Shown here in pieces: positions 12,313 through 23,837 of a DNA stretch of 64,000 bases (within the stretch, counting starts at the first letter, position 1; every line of letters begins with the position of its first letter). Source of the stretch: Spizellomyces punctatus DAOM BR117 (lineage: Eukaryota); NCBI GenBank assembly GCA_000182565.2, contig KQ257450.1. One strand, 5' to 3'. The notes under the pieces were generated by a model, which saw only the letters and a list, made by a program, of their open reading frames with translations, made no database searches and had not been told where the DNA came from. The position numbers and the translations under genes are program-made.

Positions 12313-15300
12313 ATGGGTGAAGACCAGCATATCCGGCCACGTCCACCGCCTCTGGAAGTTCGTAGCTCTGACCCCAGTTTCCGTCGACGCTACACATCTA
12401 CAGCCCACCTTGGTCGCAATAGAGGAGAATTCAACATCCCCCCACCTTCACCGGGATTAACAGGCGTCAAAGCGGAGCAAAAAATCCCGGGAACAACTTG
12501 TGCTGTGACGGGACTCACAAATCCAGTTGATGCAGAACATGGCCAAATCACACCACACGACAGAGTTTTTGGCTTTGAGGATTTGGAAAAGCCATCGCCA
12601 GCGGCCTCTTTATCTGGAGAGCAATCTGCAGATTCAAATACAGCCTTGGGATCCGCCGAGTCGCTTACAACGCCGGTTGGTGATGCACCCAACCCAGCTA
12701 GTCGACTGGAGAGACGTTCATTTTCTGGTCAGGAAAGATCAGAATCTTCTGGATGGATAATACCAGGTGGATCCTTTTCTCTTGAATCTAGTTCATTGCA
12801 GTACCGCACCAGCATGGAGCTCCGCTTAGGCAGCAAGGGGGATGTTGTCGGATCGCCTTCTTCCATGGCACTGGACACACGCGGTCGATCCTACTCATCA
12901 TCGCGCTCATTTTGGAAGTCGCCTCTCGCATCGGATGGAAGCTTTCGGATGGGGTTAGCGGAAACAACCAGCACATTCTTGAGGAAACGTGCACCGACGA
13001 CCGCAAGCGATGCGTCCTCGAACCCTGATGCACCCCATTCCAGAGCTCGAACTCCATCAGGCACTTCGACAAGTTCCGCTACCCCATTATCGGCATCTAT
13101 CACACCCGTTTCCCCTCTATCAGGACGCAAACGAAACGTCTCTGGGAATTCACCACTTAATCTCCTACGGAGAACTATGTTGGGAGCGGGACCTGCATCA
13201 GATACTTCAGAGGGCCAGGACTCGGATGGGTATGATTCAGGTGCTTCAACTGCAAGTTTTCCTATGGTCACCAAGCTAGAAGGTCAACCAGTGGAAGTAC
13301 CGTCGACGGCACTTCTTGGGGCCCTGGACTTTGATGTCTCTGCCGCTGTGTTCGATGAGAAAACGACTGATTTTGATGTGTCGCGTTCCCTCGTTCAAGA
13401 GCTCGTACACGCCAAAGAGCGGGCCGACATTGGTGTTCGATGGATACTGGACTCCTGGTATGAATCCATCGACAATGGCACGACTGAGGCACTGCTCAAC
13501 TATAAAATGTCGTCGGTCATCAACATATCCAAAAGTAAAATGGGATACACTCCACCGTCTGAACCCAGAGGTGAACCCTTTTCAGTTACAGATTCCTCTG
13601 CAGAGCTGAAAGCCCATCCACCACATTCCAATACAAAGACCGAAAATGGACAAAGAAGAAAGACGAGTACCGGTGAGCCATGGTTGACGACTGGAGGGAT
13701 ATCAATCGATCCATCAGGAGTCAAACACAGGAGACGATATTTAACTCACTCTAGCAGCTGGCCACCGTCCGTGCTGGGTAGGTAACGTAAAAGCTTATTG
13801 TCCTAGCAATACGTCGCCTGATTCAAATGCCATATGCTAGCACCTCCCCACGAAATGCTTCTTTCTCGCGTGGAGAATATTGCAAAAACCATCCTCCAGA
13901 CACCAGTGACTGCCATGATTCATACAAATATTGCTGGCGACATAATGCAGACGCTGCAAAGTTTAATGGAGGAGCAGCGAAGAATGGTGGTAGCAAACTC
14001 TGCTGTTGAAGACCTGCTTGCCAAATTTCAGTTCACATTTGCGCCAGTTTCACGTTTAGCAGAGTCCTTGGTAAGTATCAAGACTTTTGATGCATGAGCC
14101 ACCTATGCTGACAGACTGCTTTTAGAACCAATATGCACGAGTTCTCCGGACAGCGTCAGGTCTCGAAGGACTGGCTGAGACTCCTCCTCAACCTCGACGG
14201 ACAAGATCTCGTGGATCATCATCACTGCTACTTAGTCCAACACAAGATGGAAGTGCGCTCCCGCAGGTGTCGAATAATCGCATTGAGGCGGCGTCTGCAT
14301 TCGCCTCAACAGCGATATCTCCAGGTAAAGAATCTCCCGAAGAGGCTCCGAAGGAGCTGGGAGCGGCGACGGTTAGCAGCAGAGAGGTCCAGCAGTCGAA
14401 GAACATCAAGTCTGCTAGGGATCCGGGGGTCGCACCAGGGGGTTCTGTGGTAGTCGATGCAAATGGAGCCACCGAGCACATTCCTTTGCTCCATGTTGAG
14501 CCAACAAGTCCCTGGAAACGGGAGGAAAGAACAACAGAACCCAATAGCCCCATTCAGGGACGTGCTGTTAGTTGTGTAATGCCGACAAACACAGCGCTGG
14601 GCGCACCGTCATTGCAGTATGCAGCAAGTGCTCATGATCTCAGAGAGGATACGAGATTAGTGATGGTACAGAAGCATGAAAAGCCTTCGACGGGAAGTCA
14701 ACCAGATATCTTTACGGAACAAGACAAGGAGCGAAGCCCGAGATTGAGCAAGCACCTCAAGAAGGTAGTATTAGTACGTGATGTGAATGACCTGTGCTCA
14801 GAAACGTTGACTACGACACATCATGCAGAAACCGGTCGTCTCGTTCCTGAAATCCATCAGACAAGCATTTTCCGGAACTGCTTCCGCTTCGGCACCTCAG
14901 AGCCCGTCAGAGTCAACTGCAGATCTGAAAGCTCATGGAAAGTTCAAGTCTTCCACGCCAACTACAAGCATGCCGTCTTTGTTAACCGGTGCTAAGGGTC
15001 ACCCGCCAAGCACACCTGTTACTCCCTCCTGTCGAACATCGTCGGCAGATTCGATAAAAGGATTTACAGAATCGGCTTCAGATCTCTTCAAACCCCGTTC
15101 GACAGAATCCATTGAGAAATCACGCGTTTCAGACGAGAAATCCAAAGAGCGTGATAGACACGAAGGTGAAAGCGATGATAGGGAGCGCCGACCCACCAGA
15201 GAGCGAGAACGAGCTGCCACCACCGGCAATGCATCTCCATCTAAAGGAGGGAAAGATGTCGCTCTTCTCTGTCGCATCTGTGAGGAATACGTTCCTGCAA

Positions 15301-18300
15301 GAGTAATTGACGAACATTCCAAGATCTGCGCTGTGCAGCAGGAGTTTCATTTGAAGAGTTGGAATTGCGACATGAAACTTCGCAAACATGCTGCCATTTT
15401 AGAGGCCAAAAAGGAGCTTCTGGACGTGGAGGTAGTCTCAAGTGCTGAAAGATTGTTTTATCTGATTTGAGTCAATGACATTATTTCTGTATAAATGTCA
15501 GGATTTTGAAGACTGGACCGACTGGCAGCGCTTACGGAAAATCTGTGAGACCATTGGAGAGAAAGCTGTAAAGTACGAGAGATTGTCCCATTTTGTGTTT
15601 AAGTAGATTTCAGGTTTAATGATATTGATGGTACCCTGTGCAGGATCGCAGCCGCAACAGAACACGGTGGAAAAAAGACAGTTGGGAAACTGGAAAGATG
15701 CATTGCGAGATTCAAGCGTTACGTGGAGGAGGGGGAAAAGTATCCCGATCATGCTGATATATTTATGGTCGTCAAGACCGTCCTTGAAGTGGTAAAGTTT
15801 TGATGATAGCCCCATACAAATATGCCTCTGACTAACAAGTACTTGCATAAGACGGAAGAAAAGGTCAAGGCGCTTCGAGTCTGCCTTGAACGCTTACGGA
15901 GTGTCGGACCGTCTCCCACTGCACCAGTTGCGAAGGCCCCCAGTGCCATTCATGTGGAGCGTGCCACTTCGACCATCTCATCCGCGACAGAGTCTGCCAT
16001 ATCATTAGCGCCTACGTCTACCACCATGGATAGCCGACGAACAAGCAAGGCGCCTCCGAGCACCCTACGGAGGACGCTGAGTAATGATAGCAGTATTAGT
16101 GCTCAGAGCACCGCTGTTCCTTCAGGTCAGAATTTTTTGTCATATGAAGCGAGATAACCCCGAACCTGGCCCTCAATGATCAGAACCCTCTAGATATGGA
16201 GACACGACAACGTGAGCCAAGTACTGGCAGTAGTGGAAAGCGCTTCATGTCCATCTTTAGCGCACTATTGCGCGGCGGCAAGGAACACCGTCGCACGTCA
16301 AGCGTCAATTCTATAGGGGCCGACATAAACGTAAATTTCACGATTGGGTCATTTCTAGCATGAGAGCTAAAGTTCATATGTTAACATTTCTATCTCCCAA
16401 GGAGCGGCGTCATAAGATTCCTTCTATCCGTGACTTTGAAATCATCAAGCCCATAAGTCGCGGCGCATTTGGGTACGTTGGCCCTTGTATTTTATCCTTC
16501 CGATCATTCGTGCCAACATATGTTTGCCTCAACTACAAGGAAGGTATACCTGGCACGGAAGCGAACTACTCAAGATCTCTACGCGATCAAGATATTGAAA
16601 AAACAAGATATGATTCGCAAAAACATGGTTTCTCATGTGCTGGCGGAGAGGAACGTGCTAGCATTGTCTCGAAACCATTTTGTTGTGAAGCTGTATTATG
16701 CATTTCAGAGTAGAGAGTATCTATATCTGGTCATGGAGTACCTGATTGGAGGTGAGGAGGAGGTTGCCCAGTGCAGGCATATTGGCAGCAGTTGCTGATT
16801 TCGTGAGTGTTTAGGGGATTTGAGCTCATTGCTTGCGGCTTTCGGAACGTTTGAAGAGCCAATGGCGCGAATGTACGGTGCAGAGGTAGCGTTGGCGCTC
16901 GATTACCTGCATACAAATGGAATTCGGCATAGGTATTGCAACCCATTATTGTTGGCTTGCTCTTGATGAAATGCTCATGCGTCTGCCTTTAGAGACTTAA
17001 AACCGGACAGTATGTGAACGCTATGCGTGCTGCTGAGGCGCATATACTAAGAAATCTTTGTTCCGCAGATATCTTGATCAATGAAGAGGGTCATATCAAG
17101 TTGACGGTAAGAGAACACTCTATTTGTTTTATCATCTGGCAGATGGTCGTATCTCACCCGTCATGCAGGATTTTGGATTGTCGCGTATCATGATTCCTGA
17201 ACAAGATCTCGCGCCTGGTAGTCCAGAGCAAATGATGGGGGTACGTCCTGAGCACGCCGTCTATTGGATGCAACAGACTGACGTGAGTTATCTTGCAGCA
17301 CCTGAACACCCTATCTCGGCGCAACAAAGGCACAGTAAATCGCCCACCGCTCGCCAATTCCCCGAATACACCCGATACGACCTCGACGCCAATCGGTCGG
17401 GTATCTACTGTCAAGTCACAGCAGAGACGAAACAGCCGACTAGTCCGGCGACAAAATTCGAGTAAGGCACTATTAGGGACACCAGATTACCTGGCCCCTG
17501 AGCTGTTGCTTGGTCTCGGGCATGGTCCGGAAGTGGACTGGTGGGCGCTGGGAATCTGCATGTTTGAATGGATTGTGGGCTTTCCCCCGTTCACTGATGA
17601 CACCCCGGAGGCGATTTTTAGGAATATTCTGGATGGAGGTATGTTCTACATGCAAGGCAATATACATCTCCGTAGGTTTGCAAACGATTCTTGCTTGATG
17701 TGCAGAGATCGAGTGGCCGGAAGACGGGATATCACCGGAAGCGAAAGATCTTATCCACCGGCTACTGAATCCGGATCCAAAGCTCCGGCTGCAGGCAGAA
17801 GGGGTCAAAAGCCATCCATTCTTTTCTGGAGTTGAATGGGATAAAGTACGAGAACAACCAGCACCGTTTATCCCTGCGCCCGTCGATACAACGGATACAA
17901 GCTATTTTGATGGTATGCAGCAAATGTTTTACATGCACGCAACGCAAAGGTTGTCTCATGACTCTGGCCCTCTCAGTTCGTAATGAGCGTGCAGATATCA
18001 GAAAACTCTCACAACACAGCATGCACATCCCATCAGTACCACCGGAGAGCCGTGAACTCGATTGCGGGTCTCCTAATCAATCTGGTGGCGAATTCCCTAT
18101 CAGTCCGATCGGTGCCGATGCCACAAGGGCGTTACAATCTGACAGCGCACCCATATCCATGCTCTCGCTCGAATTTTCCAGAAAGGCAAGCGGCGCTCTT
18201 CCCCGCCACGACTCAACTCTTTCGTATTATCGAGACGTGAGCGAAGCCGATATGCTGGCTCGAGGTAGCCGTCCGAGCGGTCAGCGCCGCCGCCCTGCGC

Positions 18301-18638
18301 GATTTAACGACATTTCCCGCGACTTCAGCGCGGTGTCCTTGGATGCAGACTTCCAGGAATTCACCTTCAAAAATGTGCATGGCTTAGAAGAACATAATCG
18401 GGGGATGAGGGAAAAGGTAAAACAGCAAGAATTGGAGGATGACATTGGCCAGGAAGATCCAGGTGCCTCTCCGTCAAGAACACGAAACAGTAGCGGTCGG
18501 AACAGTCTAGTCGAGAGACTTGTGGCGGGGTATAAACCATCGCAGGAGGCAGGGCTTGTAATTGGACCAGCTGGAGGGCTCGGACCGAATGTACCTGTTG
18601 GCAGTACTGGACTTTCCACCCAATGCAGCGAGAAGTAA
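12313..18638 (+). CDS. Greatwall/Rim15/Cek1/IRE-family AGC Ser/Thr kinase, multi-exon
   Basis: [42 protein letters not shown], activation-loop insert, GTPDYLAPE. Upstream zinc finger CRICEE..EHSKIC. Confidence 0.92.
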
Positions 18639-18833
18639 GCATTTGGTTAGAAATAGGATCGGTTCTTGTGTAAATATTGAGGTTTTTATCTCACTGTATA
18701 AAGCAAATGTTGATAGTTTTTGAAAAGAATGTTCACTCCGCAATTTGCTTCAGCTGCCAATTTCAATCTACTCTGTACATGCACATGCTATATCCAGTGC
18801 TATACATGCTATGTTACAAGCGAAGAATTCTTT

Positions 18834-19642
18834 TTACAAGGAAAATTTGGAGGCGGGGATTGTCAACAGCTTTGCAGCACCATTGTCAGTAAACCAGATG
18901 AGACGATGCTTGGCTTTGACTGGATTGATAGGAAATGGTAAAAGTGAGTTTAATGGGTCTTTGACAATAAATAGTCAAACCATTTACCTCTTCCAGCGGG
19001 AAAGTCTTCCCTCTTCTCCAAGATCTTATAGACAGTCTCTGCCTTTCCGTCTCCGGTCACCACAAAAGCATTGGTGTCCGCATTGTTCAACAGCGGATAG
19101 GTGAACGTGATTCTGGTCGGTGGTGGCTTCGGACTATCATCCAAAGAAGCCACCCAGCGGTCCTTTACATCAAGCAATGGGTGCCCCGGAAACAAGGAAC
19201 ACGTGTGTCCATCTGGTCCGATCCCCAACAAGATCAGATCAAAAGAAGGGATATCTTGGCTGCCAAACACTTTCTTCAAATGCTCCTCATACTTTTTTGC
19301 AGCCGTTTCACGGTCTACGTTGGGGTCCGCTGTATAGATTTGTTCATGTGGAATAGGAACATGGTCCAAGAGCTCCTGTTTGGCCAATAGATAGTTGCTA
19401 TCCGGATGGTCAAGGGGAACGAGGCGCTCGTCCGCAAAGAAAACGTGCCACTTTGACCAGTCAATGGATTTGTTAGATTTCAGTTGTTTGGCAAGTACTT
19501 TGGGAAGCGAGCCGCCGCTGAGCGCTATAGTGAAACGGCCCGACCGAGCAATGGCATCGCGAGACTTTCCAGCCACGAATACGTTTAGAGCAGCTGAAAT
19601 GTCATCAGGGGTTGGGAACACGTATAATTCGGGTTGAGCCAT
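18834..19642 (-). CDS. SOL: 6-phosphogluconolactonase, 2 exons
   Basis: ALSGGSLP, FFADERLV, LGIGPDGHTCSLFPGH, DSPKPPPTRIT. Last exon ..LIWFTDNGAA..*. Confidence 0.95.
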
Positions 19643-19803
19643 GGTGTGCGCCTTGAAATGTTCGCGATGAGATGTGGTTGTGGTTGCGCCCTGCAAGTTT
19701 TTGAAAGGACGATGGCCAAATAAACTTGGCTGAAACGCTCTCGTCATATTGCGAGATGAAGTGATCGGCTTACTAAAGCACACGTAATCAGAATCCAAGT
19801 TCG

Positions 19804-19817
19804 GTTGCTATAGCAAC
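19804..19817. promoter_or_regulatory. Palindromic X-box (RFX-type site) in the divergent SOL/bL21m promoter
   Basis: GTTGCTATAGCAAC is a perfect 14-bp palindrome matching the RFX consensus GTTRCYATRGYAAC. Confidence 0.5.
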
Positions 19818-19879
19818 GCGCGAACTTTGAATCTTGAGAGCATTCTTCTCTACGCTGTTGAAGAGACCTCCAAATTTCC

Positions 19880-20743
19880 ATGTCAAGGCGGATTGCTTCC
19901 ATGTCTCTCCCCGCAATTAAAGGAGCCTTCCGAAATTGTGGTAGGATTGGTTGGTCACGACCAGGTCTAACAGGTTTGTGCTGCGATATTGTCTTTGTAA
20001 CGTTTTCGTACGGTTTGTACTGACATGACTGGCGTTTGACAGCGGAGACTGGAAAGACTTTCAGCTGTACAGCGCGTGCATCACAAGGTACGGACTTGCT
20101 GTTTCGACGAGCGTTTTTCGTACAGTATTGGCTCACTAAACATGTATTTCCGCTGACAGCAGCGTTGGCTTTGGCGGAGGACGACGGACCAGTCTCGTAC
20201 AGCTATGGTCTGAGTCCTGCAAGCGGCAGCTCGCGGTCGTCCCCTTTATCACCCCTTCGCAAAAGCCCCTCCTCCTCACTTTCCACTCAAGCTTCACAAT
20301 CTTCAAAACCCTCATCAACGGCGACGGCGACCCTTCCCGAAACGAAGCCACCAACAAGCTGGACACAACAAACCAAAGACGCGCTTGATCTTCTCCGCAA
20401 CCAAAGTCAATATTATGCTATAGTTGAGATCAAGAATCGACCCTACTTTGTCAACAACAATGATATCATTGTTACCATGCGTATGAACGACTTGCGGTTG
20501 GGAGACGTGATAGCTTTGGACCGCGTTCGAGAGATTGGAAGCGGGGATTACATATTGAAGGGCAATCCGTACATTGATCCCAAATATTTCACGATTAAAG
20601 CAGTTGTAGTGGAACATCCTGTCAGTACGGAAATTGTGTCAGTACACAAGAAGAGGCGAGGGAGGGACAAGATTGTCCGCAACAATAACCACCATACAGC
20701 CTTGAGGGTGGCAGGTATTGAAATCAATAAGCCTGTAGCATAA
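19880..20743 (+). CDS. MRPL49: Mitochondrial ribosomal protein bL21m, 3 exons
   Basis: Presequence-like exon 1 (MSRRIASMSLP). L21 domain YYAIVEIKNRPYFV..DRVREIGSGDYILKGNP..HHTALRV. Confidence 0.9.
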
Positions 20744-20798
20744 CATTTAATTGCAATCAAATAGAAACATCATCTACATCCTTTCTTCGCACCCGGCT

Positions 20799-22244
20799 TT
20801 ATAGTAGCACGTCTTTTGGATCGAGTCCCAGTGCACTGACAATCTCGAGACGGTCTGAATAAAACTGTAGCCCCAGCACAAGCTGACGAACAACACTGAC
20901 GTTGTGCCGAAGGGAAGGTCCGAGCAGCTTAAGCACTCGCAGTTTATTCTCTTGAAAGTCAAATTGCTCCAGCATTGCTGTTACGATGTCACCAAGCTGA
21001 AGAAGTGTTAGATTGCCATTCAGCCGGTTACCCATTCTGATTCCGGCCACATGTACTCACCGTTTCATCTAGTGGCTGGTTTGCTACATTGCTCACAAAC
21101 TCTTTCAACACCTCAAGCTTGTCTCTGTCCAATCGTTTCGTCGTCATGGTGCCAAGCATTCTCAACCCTTTACCCGATGGATGTGCGTCTGAGGGACTAA
21201 GAGTCGTTGTACTGCTAATGCGCCCAGACATTTTGCGCATTCTGATCCATCTTCGTCGGCGAACGTAGTGCCCGTAGTTGCATGTACCTGTGAACACTCA
21301 TTTAGTATCGGATCGCTGAATGTGTTTTCTGATGGAAAGGAGCATGTGTATACCTTGCCATTTATCAGAGGAGAATTGGAAACTGTAGCTCCAGCCTGAC
21401 AGGTATATGGATAATGACTGGATTACATCAAGCCCTGATTTGTAGTCTGCGGTTTGTAGTGTTTCTTACCATCTGATATGGATGAAGATGTTCATTAGGT
21501 TGCTTGGCCACTGTGGCAGTCATGCATTTCATACCCGGATCCAGATCTCCATTCATATCAACAATCCAGTTTGATGTCCACTAGATGGCTGACATAAATT
21601 AGAACCACGTCTAAAAGTTATTCAGGGACCATGTCATGTCAGGGCCCCACCTCCCATGAAGCTGGACACTCATATGAGCGGATATCCACCTGGGGCTGCC
21701 CTCGTCCGTCAGACCACGGTGGTAGGTCTGTAATGGGGAAAATAGTAAGTCAAAGCTTGGATCGCCGGTTTCCATAAACAATGGGGTCTCTGACCTGTTG
21801 GCAAAAGGAACTGCACCAGGAAACAGGTGGCGAATGAGTCAAATGTCATTCATTCAATAGACTCCCGTCTGATGAACGTCAGGCGCACCCGCTCTTACCT
21901 TCTTACTAAACTTGGAATCCCCTGTTATGCACGTTCTGTAGAAACTTTCAGGTCAGGAACACCGGTTAAAAACAAGCAATCGGCAGTTGATTTTCTTACC
22001 CTCGCTCGTTTTCATACAGAATATCGCATGCAACATCGTTTGGACGTGATGGAAATTTCGGCTGTTGGTGCATCGAAGGGTTATGGATTGGTCTCGAATG
22101 GATCTAGCTATGCGATTCGAGTTACCTTTAAAGCAGCTCGACCAACGCTTGATTGCTGTTGTGATATTGATGACTTCTGACACAAAATAGTGACATTAGC
22201 TTAATTTTCATTTTCAAGGGACTTGGTTTGGCTACCTTTTGCAT
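20799..22244 (-). CDS. Dysferlin (DysF) domain protein, Spo73/Mug65-like, many small exons
   Basis: Spliced: DILYENERG..FSKK-FLLPT-DLPPWSD..YECPASWE-WTSNWIVDMNGDLDP-D-GWSYSFQF..YVRRRRWIRMR..RLDRDKLE. Start exon ATGCAAAAG inferred. Confidence 0.85.
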
Positions 22245-22575
22245 CGCCGACACAAAACCGAATCCAAAGAACTCTTTACGAACGCTGCATCGGAAAACGC
22301 GCTCTCGTCAGAGGCTTACCTGAACTTCCAAGCCACGCGAACGCCTCACGTGACTTTTCCTTCGCCAATGGGACGTCCATCTGCGCGCGACGACGACGAC
22401 CGACGAGCTCCATTTGCAAATCTCAATAACCGAGGCTTTTTCTTGGTTCGAGACGCTTCCCCTAGACTGTCTTGTGATAAGGTATGGTGACATTTTGCAA
22501 AGAAATGATGATACAGTTTTTGCAGATTCGATATAGCTGGAAACTGATTTTCAAATACTCAAGCAGTGATCGACA

Positions 22576-23399
22576 ATGCCCCACTCATTCGGTACGTCCG
22601 GCTATGGAACTGTCCTCTTATATGGAGTTTTGCATGTCAGCTAGATGAACTGACGGATTGGGCCCATACGTGCAGGTCTTAGGGCGCGCACTAGGCACCT
22701 CTTTTCACGGGACTTCCGTGCAAAGGGTCCAGTGAAGCTCTCCACTTACTTGAAGACCTACAAGGTTGGCGACATTGTGGATATCAAGGCGAACGGTGCG
22801 ATTCACAAGGGCATGCCCCACAAATTCTACCACGGGTGGGTACTGGAATAGACGGTTATGCGGAAGGTGGAGGAGTATTTTAAGTCCAAAAACCTTCATC
22901 GGCAACTAGCAAAACCGGTATCATCTACAATGTCACAAAGAGCTCCGTCGGTATCATCATTCACAAGCAGGTCGGCAACCGGTACATTGAAAAGCGTGTC
23001 AACATCCGCGTAGAGCACATCAAGCACTCCAACTGCCGGTTGGATTTCTTGCGCCGCGTGAAGGCTAATGCCGCTGCCAAGAAGGAAGCAAAGGAGAAGG
23101 GTGGTGCGTATTGCGCTATGGCATGGGTCGATATTTCAATGACATGGGTGACGAGTTATGTTGGACTTATGATTTTCGTTCCTTACAGTGTCATTCAACC
23201 TCAAGCGTCAACCTGTTGGCCCTACCAAGGCCCACCATGTTTCGACCAAGAACAACCGCCCGACGACTATCAGCCCTGTGCCATACGAAGGTAAGCATCG
23301 ATCATGCTTGGCGAATTTCTTGACCGCATAGGTCAGTGTCACGGTCGCTAATCATGCATATTTCTTATGTTGTGCTTGAAATGTTTAGCTCTTGTGTAA
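22576..23399 (+). CDS. RPL21: 60S ribosomal protein L21 (eL21), 5 coding exons
   Basis: [69 protein letters not shown]. Confidence 0.97.
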
Positions 23400-23837
23400 A
23401 CCTTTTTCATCTGGCAATATATCGGACCTTGTATCTACTATTTTGTATTGGAACGTTGTTCTGCTGTTTCAACTTGGCCCATCATCATATGTTTGCATGA
23501 CCAGGACTAGGACTGATGAACAAAGGGTGAAAGAGTGCTTGCCAACATTATAATGACACACAGCGAGTGCTTTTGCCTGCACCTTCTCAAAAGATTGCTG
23601 GTTTGATAAGCCCGTTACTTGCATCTGGCTGAATATTTTTTAAGGTTTAAAAGTCCAAATTGACATGAAAGTGGATGACATAACCTCTAGTGGCTTAGCA
23701 CAAGATCTATGAAGTCAACTCCCGCTCGCGGAACCATAGCCCTTTTTTTCCTCTGGCTGTCAAGCCCATAGTTTCTATTCCATCGCTGTTTCATTACGGT
23801 CTCTTGGAAAGTTAATCGCACGGGGATTTAGATTAGC

